Made by a program: the position numbers and the translations under genes. From assembly GCA_021787205.1 (NCBI GenBank), contig JAJYME010000007.1:10334-74333 (forward strand): DNA of 64,000 bases, written 5' to 3'. This document shows positions 56,280-64,000 of the stretch, piece by piece. The notes beneath the pieces are model-generated. The model was not told where the DNA came from, ran no database searches, and saw only the letters and a program-made list of their open reading frames with translations. The stretch's first letter is position 1; each line of letters starts with the position of its first letter. This DNA comes from a bacterium. Lineage in GTDB: Bacteria; Patescibacteriota; Minisyncoccia; UBA6257; Colwellbacteraceae.

Positions 56280-57467
56280 TTAAGCCATATCAGGGGCCGG
56301 ATTATAGGTTCTCCCCTTGAATCTGAGCGCCAAAAAGGCGGCGATGAGGATAAATCCAGCAGACATATAAAAAGGATAGTTGTTATTGATGATGAAGAGG
56401 TAGCCGGCAGCGGAGGCGGCAATCGCCGAGGCGATCGACATGACCGAGCCCTGGACTCCGACAAGCTCTCCCCTCTCTTGAGGTCCGACATCGGCAAACA
56501 TCCTGTCCGACAATAAAGCTCTTAATGTCCCTTCAGCGATTACTTGGACAAAAAGGCCGACGATAGCGACGAGCCAATGGAGGGTGAGAAAGAGATAAGC
56601 AAAGGAAAGGAAAAAGATGAAGGCCTTCTCGACAAATCTCTCCCTTCTCTCATGTATCCAGATCTTCATCCCGATCATCTGGTTTGCGATCATCAAAACA
56701 CTCGTCGAAATCATAATGATGCTGATGCCAGTCGCGTCGAACCCATATTTGTTTTTCAAATAGAGACTGCCGATCGCCTGGATCCCTCCGAGGGCCATCA
56801 TAAATAAGAACCAGACAAGCATGACCGGTTGGACTTTCTTATCCTTCAGCACCCTTAAGGTCGGAGCCAGAGGATTGACATCAAGTCTTCTTGATCGATC
56901 CATATGCTTGTGGCTTTCGGGAAGAAAATAAGCGGTAATCAGGAGGCTTAGAAAAGACAAAGCCGCCACCACATAAAAAGGCAGAGAAAGAGAGATCCTG
57001 GAAAGGACGCCGCCCAGAGCCGGGCCGATGATGAAGCCGATTCCAAAAGTCGCCCCAAACATCCCAAAATATTTCACCCTCTCCTTCCTGTCGGTAGCGA
57101 TATCTCCGATGACATTCTGCATAATGGTAAAATTGCCAGCAGCGAGACCGTCAATCGCCCTTCCTAAGAACAAAAACATCGGGGATTTAGCCAGGGCAAA
57201 AACAACCCAACCGACGAAAGAGGACAAGATGCTTAAGAGCAAAATCGGTTTGCGGCCGTACTTCTCAGACATAGAGCCGAGATAAGGGGCGGAGAGGAAC
57301 GAGCAAAACGCAAAGAGGGAAAAGAGGCTGGTGATAACAATGGGGTTCAGCCCCATCGATTCGACATAAAAGGGCATGACCGGAATGACAATGCTAAAAC
57401 CCAAAACATTTATCAAATTCGCGAACAAAATAACACCAATCTTTGACTTGTTATTTTTCAAAGGCAT
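56280..57467 (-). CDS. MFS transporter, TetA/DHA1-like
   Basis: G.MSEKYGRKP, GR.IDG..AGN, G.GF..GP..GG and LPES motifs. Confidence 0.9.
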   Translation of the reverse strand: MPLKNNKSKIGVILFANLINVLGFSIVIPVMPFYVESMGLNPIVITSLFSLFAFCSFLSAPYLGSMSEKYGRKPILLLSILSSFVGWVVFALAKSPMFLFLGRAIDGLAAGNFTIMQNVIGDIATDRKERVKYFGMFGATFGIGFIIGPALGGVLSRISLSLPFYVVAALSFLSLLITAYFLPESHKHMDRSRRLDVNPLAPTLRVLKDKKVQPVMLVWFLFMMALGGIQAIGSLYLKNKYGFDATGISIIMISTSVLMIANQMIGMKIWIHERRERFVEKAFIFFLSFAYLFLTLHWLVAIVGLFVQVIAEGTLRALLSDRMFADVGPQERGELVGVQGSVMSIASAIAASAAGYLFIINNNYPFYMSAGFILIAAFLALRFKGRTYNPAPDMA

Positions 57468-57553
57468 TTTTGCATAATAATCGAATATAAATCCATAGTC
57501 AAAGAAAACAAAAACGGCGCCGACTCCTATCGGGTCGATGCCGTTTTTATGTA

Positions 57554-58999
57554 CTACTTATTTAATTCCTCTTCGAGGATCTTTCTGATCGCATCGGGAT
57601 TTCCTTGTCCCTTCAGTTCCTTCATGGCAAGGCCGAATAAGAACTGGGAGGCGTTGGTTTTCCCGGACTTGTAATCAGAGACCGCTTTGGGATTATTAGC
57701 AACGATGCCTTGGATGACGGGCAAGAGGGACCCCGCGTCCGACACCTGTTTCATTCCCCTCTTTTCCATGATAGCGCGCGGATCCATGTCAGTCGTGACA
57801 AGATCTTCCATGATATCCTTGGCCATACGGCTCGTGAGCTCTCCCCCGATGATCATGATAGCCAAATCCGCCATATTCTCGGGCGTGGCCTTGTTGTCCG
57901 CCAAAGACATACCCTTATTGTTCAGGACGGCTTTGAGGTCGGTAAGGACATAGTTGGCGGCAGTCGTAATCGCTCGTTTGAATTCCTTAGCATCGATATC
58001 CTCCTCTATCTCGGAGATGATCTCCTCAAAGTATTCGGCAAATTGCTTGTCTTCGACAAGGAGAGCGGCTTGCTCAAAGGAAATCCCGTATTCGGACTCG
58101 AATCTCCTTCTCTTCGATTCCGGAAGTTCGGGAATGGAAGCGCGCAGCGCCGCCAGATTGATAATCTCGTCAGTGGTCAGATCGACAGGTGGAAGATCGG
58201 GCTCGGGCAAATATCGGTAGTCCTGGGCTCCCTCCTTGCTTCTCTGGGAGAAAGTGACATTGTTTATGGCATCCCAGCCTCTGGTCTCCTGGATGATCCT
58301 CTCCCCGCTCAAGATGACTTCCTCTTGGCGCTTGATTTCATAATCGATGGCGTCGTGAAGCGATTTGAAAGAGTTAAGGTTCTTGACCTCGACTTTGGTG
58401 CCGAGCTTTTCCTGGCCTTCCGGTCTGATGGAAATATTGGCTTCAAGCCTCATCTCCCCTTTCTCCATATCGGCATTGCTGATTCCTAAGTATCTCAGGA
58501 TCATCTGAAGCTCCTTAGCAAACCTGACCGCATGGTCGCCGTCTTTGACATCAGGATCGGTGACAAGCTCCATCAAGGGAACGCCGCCGCGATTGAAATC
58601 GACAAAGGTCTTGCCATTGTCCCCGTGGACTAATTTGCCGGCGTCTTCTTCCAAGTGGACGCGAGTAATATGAACGCCCAAGAGTTCCCCGTGTTCGACG
58701 AAGGGATGTTCGTATTGGGAAATCTGATAACCTTTCGGAAGGTCGGGATAGAAGTAGCTCTTTCGGTCAAAAATGGCTTTCTCAGCGATCTTTCCACCCA
58801 AAGCCAACCCAAACCTGATGACGGACTTGATAGCCTCAAGATTGGCGACGGGCATAGCTCCCGGGTGGCCCAGACAGATCGGACAAGTATTCCTGTTCGC
58901 TTGAGTTTCGCCGCTGTCATTAGGACAGTCACAAAACATCTTCGATTTTGTTTTCGGCTCAATATGGATTTCCAAGCCTATCGTAGGAATATAACGCAT
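57554..58999 (-). CDS. gatB: Asp/Glu-tRNA amidotransferase subunit B
   Basis: IGLEIH, RKSYFYPDLPKGYQISQ, HLEEDAGK and DYRY.PEPDL. Start set at ATG 58999. Confidence 0.97.
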   Translation of the reverse strand: MRYIPTIGLEIHIEPKTKSKMFCDCPNDSGETQANRNTCPICLGHPGAMPVANLEAIKSVIRFGLALGGKIAEKAIFDRKSYFYPDLPKGYQISQYEHPFVEHGELLGVHITRVHLEEDAGKLVHGDNGKTFVDFNRGGVPLMELVTDPDVKDGDHAVRFAKELQMILRYLGISNADMEKGEMRLEANISIRPEGQEKLGTKVEVKNLNSFKSLHDAIDYEIKRQEEVILSGERIIQETRGWDAINNVTFSQRSKEGAQDYRYLPEPDLPPVDLTTDEIINLAALRASIPELPESKRRRFESEYGISFEQAALLVEDKQFAEYFEEIISEIEEDIDAKEFKRAITTAANYVLTDLKAVLNNKGMSLADNKATPENMADLAIMIIGGELTSRMAKDIMEDLVTTDMDPRAIMEKRGMKQVSDAGSLLPVIQGIVANNPKAVSDYKSGKTNASQFLFGLAMKELKGQGNPDAIRKILEEELNK

Positions 59000-59038
59000 A
59001 ATAGTGCCATTATAGGATATTTTTGATATAATTTCCAT

Positions 59039-59359
59039 ATGAATTGGAAAAGAATAACCTTGATCTCTTTAGCAATTTTTACCGTTGGCATCATAACCAT
59101 AAGCTTCAAAGCCGGGACGCAAGACGAATTGAACTTCATCAAATCCATTGGCGCAATCCTAGTCTTTTTCTCCCTCCTATTCCCTCTCGTTGTCAAAGTC
59201 TGGGAAAGAAAGCACACTAGGCTCAGCAAGGCAATCTTGGGAATACTGGCCATCTTCTTCCTATTTCTTCTGGCGGCGGCGATAATGCCTAAGACTTCTT
59301 CCAAAACCGATACCGGCAAGAAACTGCCGGCCAAGACCACCCCGGTCAATAGACGATAA
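59039..59359 (+). CDS. Small membrane protein with about three TM segments
   Basis: Hydrophobic ORF with TATAAT 6 nt upstream of the ATG. Confidence 0.7.
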   Translation: MNWKRITLISLAIFTVGIITISFKAGTQDELNFIKSIGAILVFFSLLFPLVVKVWERKHTRLSKAILGILAIFFLFLLAAAIMPKTSSKTDTGKKLPAKTTPVNRR

Positions 59360-59385
59360 AATAAAGAAACATTATAATTAAGCAA

Positions 59386-59916
59386 ATGGATAAATTTTAC
59401 CGATTCGAAGTAAAAGACAAAATAAAGCTGATAAAGGACCTCGAGCAACTGGCCTTCAAGGAATCCGACCGCACCTACCACAGCAATGTCATTTTTGACA
59501 ACGAAAAGAAGGATGTAGCAAGCGCCGGCGGCAGAATCCGTTTAAGAATCGCCGGAATCGATGATAAGAAGATCAATGTCCAAGGAGAAGACAAACAGAG
59601 AGTCGACTTCCAGGAAGCCGAGAGCTTGATTGAGGAGAGCTTGGAAGAAGTCGGATTGGAGCCGGCAGACGGACACGAATTCTATGAAACCAAATGGTAT
59701 CTGGATGACACCTCGATCGCCTTGGATGAATTTCCTTTCGCCGATTTCGTGGAAATCAACGGAAAGGAAGAGGATGTCGAAATGCTTGTAAAAAAACTCG
59801 GCATGAATATCGACGAACACTTGATAGACACCCCAGACGATCTCTTTAATGTTTGGAGAGAAAAGCAGGGCTTGCCCTTCAAGGCTTATATGAGATTCAG
59901 CGACTATAACAAATAA
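59386..59916 (+). CDS. CYTH-domain (class IV adenylate cyclase-like) protein, degenerate
   Basis: N..FD, RIRLR, LDE.PF..FVEI.G. The N-terminal ExExK motif is not intact. Confidence 0.7.
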   Translation: MDKFYRFEVKDKIKLIKDLEQLAFKESDRTYHSNVIFDNEKKDVASAGGRIRLRIAGIDDKKINVQGEDKQRVDFQEAESLIEESLEEVGLEPADGHEFYETKWYLDDTSIALDEFPFADFVEINGKEEDVEMLVKKLGMNIDEHLIDTPDDLFNVWREKQGLPFKAYMRFSDYNK

Positions 59917-59941
59917 AAAGACGCCTTTCGGCGTCTTTTTT
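59916..59941. terminator. Bidirectional terminator directly after rplK
   Basis: AAAAAGACGCC-tttc-GGCGTCTTTTT. Confidence 0.8.
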
Positions 59942-59946
59942 AATAT

Positions 59947-60372
59947 TTAGTCTGTAATGGTGATTCCCATTGAACGTGCAGTTCCGGCAACAATCTTTTC
60001 GGCGGCCTCAATATCATTGGCGTTCAAATCAGCCATCTTCTTCTCAGCGATAGCGCGGAGATCAGCTTTGGTGATTTTACCAACTTTATTCTTTTGAGGA
60101 ACGGCCGAACCTTTTTCGACATTCGCAGCCTTTCTCAAAAGATCGGAGGCTGGAGGAGTCTTTAAGATGAAGTCAAAGCTTCTGTCCTCAAAAACAGTGA
60201 TTTCGGCGGGGACGATGTCCGAGCCCATATCTTTAGTTCTGTCGTTGAATTGCTTACAAAATTCGGCAATATTGATACCGTGCTGACCAAGAGCAGGACC
60301 AACTGGAGGGGCAGGATTAGCTTTACCGGCTTTAATCTGCAGTTTTACAACTTTTTTAATCGCTTTAGCCAT
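59947..60372 (-). CDS. rplK: 50S ribosomal protein uL11
   Basis: [28 protein letters not shown] and GTARSMG motifs. Confidence 0.98.
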   Translation of the reverse strand: MAKAIKKVVKLQIKAGKANPAPPVGPALGQHGINIAEFCKQFNDRTKDMGSDIVPAEITVFEDRSFDFILKTPPASDLLRKAANVEKGSAVPQKNKVGKITKADLRAIAEKKMADLNANDIEAAEKIVAGTARSMGITITD

Positions 60373-60435
60373 TTTTTCTTAACTTGTTAAGTTTACTATA
60401 TTTTGAGCTTTTTTTCAAGGGGTATCCGCCTCAAG

Positions 60436-60999
60436 CTACATTTTCTGGATTTGGATGGCGTCAATCTCGACAGCCGTGTCCCTTCCGAAAATCGGAACCA
60501 GAACCTTGATTCTTCCCCTGCCCTCGTCGATCTCGGCAATCTTGCCATCAGAATCCTTGAAGGGACCGTCGGTAATCTTAACCAGATCGCCGACTTGGAA
60601 TTCAATCTTAGGAGCAGCTTCGGAAACTCCCTTCATCCTGAACATCAAGGCGTCAACTTCCTCCTTTGAAAGAGGAGAAGGAACGGTCGGATCAGGACCG
60701 ACGAAACCGGTGACTCTCGGAGTATTGCGGACAATATACCAAGTATCCGGAGACATCACCATCTCAACCAAAACATACCCCGGATAAATCTTTTCTTCAG
60801 ATTCTACCCTCTTTCCGTTTTTTATTTTTATTCTTTTTTCTTTGGGAACGATAATGTTGAAAATGCGATCGTCTACTCCCAACGATTCGATTCTTTGCTT
60901 CAAATATCGCTCGACGGCGTCTTCATACCCTGAGTAGGTATGAACGGCAAACCATTGTCTGGTTTCCTCAGCCGGATTGAGTATGCTTTTGTTGCTCAT
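60436..60999 (-). CDS. nusG: Transcription termination/antitermination factor NusG
   Basis: W.AVHTYSG.E, PGYVLVEM, VRNTP.VTGFVG and KOW motif GPF. Confidence 0.97.
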   Translation of the reverse strand: MSNKSILNPAEETRQWFAVHTYSGYEDAVERYLKQRIESLGVDDRIFNIIVPKEKRIKIKNGKRVESEEKIYPGYVLVEMVMSPDTWYIVRNTPRVTGFVGPDPTVPSPLSKEEVDALMFRMKGVSEAAPKIEFQVGDLVKITDGPFKDSDGKIAEIDEGRGRIKVLVPIFGRDTAVEIDAIQIQKM

Positions 61000-61029
61000 T
61001 TTAAATGTACTTAAATTTCTAAATTTGTT

Positions 61030-61215
61030 TTATTTTTGTATCAGCAATTGTCTGGCAAAATTAAAAACGTAATCAGCGGAACCGAGAATAAGGGCGAAGA
61101 AAGCGACAAAGGCGAAAACCACCAATGACATTCTCACAGTCTCATTCCAAGTCGGCCAAGTCACCTTCAACATCTCCGCCTTAATCGATTTTCCAAAGGT
61201 ACCAAGTTTCTTCAT
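61030..61215 (-). CDS. secE: Preprotein translocase subunit SecE
   Basis: EM.KVTWP followed by a TM helix, upstream of nusG. Confidence 0.94.
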   Translation of the reverse strand: MKKLGTFGKSIKAEMLKVTWPTWNETVRMSLVVFAFVAFFALILGSADYVFNFARQLLIQK

Positions 61216-61256
61216 TGTATTTTTCTTAATATAAAATCTTTACGCCTGTTTGTCAA

Positions 61257-63182
61257 TTAGAAGTCGATGTCTTTGGCCGATTGGGCGTGGACCTGGATGA
61301 ACTTCTTGCGAGGCTCAACCTCACTGCCCATCAAAATGTCGAACATCTTGTCGGCTTCCTGGGCGTCAATGACATTCACAACCTTCATCGATCTCGTTTC
61401 CGGATTCATAGTCGTATCCCAGAGCTGATCGGGGTTCATCTCTCCCAAACCCTTATAGCGCTGGATACCGTCGGAAGGAATGTTTTGCTCCCTGGCGATC
61501 TTGTCTTTTTCCTCGTCGGTATAGACATACCAGATTTGTTTTCCGCGTTGCAGCCTGTAAAGAGGCGGCTGGGCGATATAGATATTGCCGTTTTCGACAA
61601 GTTTGGGGAAATGACGATAGAAGAGGGTCAGGAGCAAAGTCCTGATGTGGGCGCCGTCGACATCCGCATCGGTCATAATGACAATCTTGCCATATCTAAG
61701 CTTCGTGATATCAAAGTCAGTGGCAATCGCTGTCCCTAAGGCAACAATCAACGACTTCACTTCGTTATTGGAAAGCATTTTGTGCAACTGGGCTTTCTCG
61801 ACGTTCAAGATCTTTCCGCGCAAAGGAAGGATGGCTTGAGTCCTCCTATCCCTTCCCTGCTTGGCGGAACCGCCTGCGGAGTCTCCCTCGACGATAAAGA
61901 GCTCGGCCTCTTCCGATTTCCTAGTCTGGCAGTCGGCGAGCTTTCCCGGCAAGGTCAATCCTTCCAGGACGCCTTTTCTCATGACGGTGTCCTTAGCGGC
62001 CTTAGCGGCCTTTCTGGCCTTGGCAGCCAAAAGACATTTTTCCAAGATCTTCTTAGCATCCTGCGGGTGCTTCTCCAGATACTCCTTAAAAGACTCGGTG
62101 ACGACGCTTTCAACGGCTGGTCTCACATCCGGATTTCCAAGCTTGCCTTTTGTCTGGCCTTCGAACTGAGGTTCGGAAATCTTTACCGAGACAACAGCAA
62201 CGATTCCTTCGCGGACATCGTCACCAGAAAGATTGTCATCACTCTCCTTCAAGTAATTGATAGAGCGACCGTAATCATTCAAGGTTCTCGTAAGAGCAGA
62301 CCTGAAACCGGTGATATGAGTGCCGCCATCGATAGTGTTGATGTTGTTGCAGAAGCTGAGCTCCTTAACATCGACATCATCAGTATAAACAAAAGCGGTC
62401 TCCACCTCTCCTGCGGGAGTATCCTTCCTGACGTAAAAGACTTCGTCTTGGATCGGCTTCTCCCCTCCTTCGTTCAAATATTCGACAAAGGTCTTGACGC
62501 CGCCGGAGAAATTGAAGCCGTAATAATAGTTGGCTTCCCCGCGACGATCGATAAAGATCATCTTGATCCCGTTCGTGAGATAGGCTTGCTGCCTCATACG
62601 CTCAAGGATTCTCTTTCGGTCAAACTTAGTCTCGGAGAAGATGGTCGGATCAGGATGAAAAACAGTCGAGGTGCCGGTCGTGTTGGCGGAACCGACTTTT
62701 TTAACCTGGGCCTTCGGAACTCCCCTCTCGTACTCTTGGACATATAGGCCGCCATTCTGCCTGACTTCGACCCTGACACTGGTCGAAAGAGCGTTGACGA
62801 CGGAGGCGCCGACACCGTGCAAACCGCCGGAAACTTTATAGCCGCTGCCGCCGAACTTTCCTCCAGCGTGCAAGACGGTCATAACAGTCTCAAGCGCCGA
62901 CTTCTTAGTGGTCGGGTGGATATCGACTGGAATGCCGCGACCGTCATCGGTCACTTTGACCGATTCTCCCTCCAGGATTTCGACAACGATGTTTTTGGCA
63001 TAACCAGCCATCGCCTCGTCGATCGAGTTGTCGACGATTTCCCAAATCAAATGATGCAATCCGTCGATTCCGGTCGAACCGATGTACATACCCGGTCTTT
63101 TTCGGACCGGTTCCAAACCTTCCAAGACCTCAATATCTTTCGCGGAATATGAACTTTTTTTATCCTCTTTTTCTTTTGCCAT
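61257..63182 (-). CDS. gyrB: DNA gyrase subunit B
   Basis: VRKRPGMYIG, LHAGGKF, EGDSAGG, PLRGKILN, MTDADVDG and RYKGLGEM motifs. Confidence 0.96.
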   Translation of the reverse strand: MAKEKEDKKSSYSAKDIEVLEGLEPVRKRPGMYIGSTGIDGLHHLIWEIVDNSIDEAMAGYAKNIVVEILEGESVKVTDDGRGIPVDIHPTTKKSALETVMTVLHAGGKFGGSGYKVSGGLHGVGASVVNALSTSVRVEVRQNGGLYVQEYERGVPKAQVKKVGSANTTGTSTVFHPDPTIFSETKFDRKRILERMRQQAYLTNGIKMIFIDRRGEANYYYGFNFSGGVKTFVEYLNEGGEKPIQDEVFYVRKDTPAGEVETAFVYTDDVDVKELSFCNNINTIDGGTHITGFRSALTRTLNDYGRSINYLKESDDNLSGDDVREGIVAVVSVKISEPQFEGQTKGKLGNPDVRPAVESVVTESFKEYLEKHPQDAKKILEKCLLAAKARKAAKAAKDTVMRKGVLEGLTLPGKLADCQTRKSEEAELFIVEGDSAGGSAKQGRDRRTQAILPLRGKILNVEKAQLHKMLSNNEVKSLIVALGTAIATDFDITKLRYGKIVIMTDADVDGAHIRTLLLTLFYRHFPKLVENGNIYIAQPPLYRLQRGKQIWYVYTDEEKDKIAREQNIPSDGIQRYKGLGEMNPDQLWDTTMNPETRSMKVVNVIDAQEADKMFDILMGSEVEPRKKFIQVHAQSAKDIDF

Positions 63183-63317
63183 TGCCTTTGTTTTTTCGCT
63201 GTTTCTAACTGAATTATTATAGCATTTTTAACCGGGTTTTCCAAATCAAAAAGAATCACGGAAAAACATAAAAACCCCGCTTTTTTCGGGGTTTTTATTG
63301 ACATTATCACCTAATTG

Positions 63318-64000
63318 TTATCTGATCTCCACCTCTTGCAAGCTGGAGAGCTTCTTGAGGACTTTTTGGAGCTCAGCGTCAACCTCTTCGTCGGTCAAAG
63401 TTTTCTTAGCCGAACGAAAAACGAGACGGTAGGCGGCACTCCTCCTTTCTTTCTCTTCGTAGAGATCGAGAAGGCTGACGTCGATCAGATTATGCGGTTT
63501 CTCTTTCTCAATGATAGAGAGAATATCGCCAACTCCAGTCTTGCCATAAATCCAAAGCGATATGTCTCTGGAAACGGACGGGTATTCGGGAAGAGACTCG
63601 AACTTCTTGTCGGCCAAGAGATCATAGAGGTGATCCACCTTGATTTCGGCAACGCTCATGCAGCCGCCGTCATCAACGGTCATCTGACCGATCTTGATTC
63701 CTGACTTGGAGACGATCGCAAGACCGTTATCCTCATTTTCGAACCTGACTTTCCCGGCGCCAAGATAATCAAAGAGAGAAATGATCGAGCCCTTGAGCAA
63801 AATGAAAGCGTTCTTGTTTCCCTTTTCATAAATCGCCATCCCGAAACTCAATTCCTCGCTATCGATGTCGTTGAAGATCTTTGCTATCTCGAAGAGCCTG
63901 ATATTGGAGAAATTGTTCTTGTTGGATTCGATATTCTTCAAGAGTCCCCTTACGAGATTATTTCTCAAGAATTTCTTATCTTCGGCAATCGGGTTTATCA
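63318..64000 (-). CDS. pheT: Phenylalanine--tRNA ligase beta subunit, C-terminal part (runs off the window)
   Basis: LR.NL..GLL, IRLFEI.K.F, and the FDX-ACB domain YP.V.RDIS...KTLTDEEV. Confidence 0.92.
   Translation of the reverse strand, partial: INPIAEDKKFLRNNLVRGLLKNIESNKNNFSNIRLFEIAKIFNDIDSEELSFGMAIYEKGNKNAFILLKGSIISLFDYLGAGKVRFENEDNGLAIVSKSGIKIGQMTVDDGGCMSVAEIKVDHLYDLLADKKFESLPEYPSVSRDISLWIYGKTGVGDILSIIEKEKPHNLIDVSLLDLYEEKERRSAAYRLVFRSAKKTLTDEEVDAELQKVLKKLSSLQEVEIR

Noticed and set aside
1-64000. CRISPR array, integron attC array, retron/RT, transposase or recoded stop codons
   Set aside because: No regularly spaced repeats or relevant protein motifs were seen. The similar AAAAC..G/C..GTTTT hairpins are ordinary terminators, and genes end normally at TAA, TAG and TGA.

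Overview
This is a 64-kb chromosomal window from a small-genome bacterium, most consistent with Patescibacteria (CPR, Parcubacteria-like). That assignment is inferred from the gene families, scrambled operons, CPR-type hypothetical proteins and an rplK with no rplA after it; the genetic code is standard. Most of the window is housekeeping: translation (fmt, def, rplI, rpmA, rplK, typA, gltX, gatB, miaA, pheT, two tRNA-Gln), replication and transcription (polA, dnaX, gyrB, scpAB, nusG), peptidoglycan (murC, murG, ftsW, mraY, several peptidases and hydrolases) and lower glycolysis (gpmI, eno, two truncated pyk). No CRISPR array, transposase or integrase was found. The most unusual signals are non-coding. 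(1) An ORF-free 619-bp element at 16816-17434 is closed by a 21-bp terminal inverted repeat and packed with helices whose G-U pattern points to a large, pseudoknotted minus-strand RNA. (2) A ~285-nt structured RNA candidate at 53017-53301 has its own -10 box and terminator. (3) The 113-bp region upstream of that RNA, carrying phased TGTTAA repeats, a terminator and a DnaA box, is duplicated almost exactly 19.6 kb away, abutting a 5'-truncated NlpC/P60 gene. (4) A cytidylyltransferase gene sits between 24-bp direct repeats. Four small proteins below the ORF-track cutoff, several degenerate enzymes and widespread leaderless promoter geometry were also seen. All RNA structures are hand-derived, and no database search or folding program was run.
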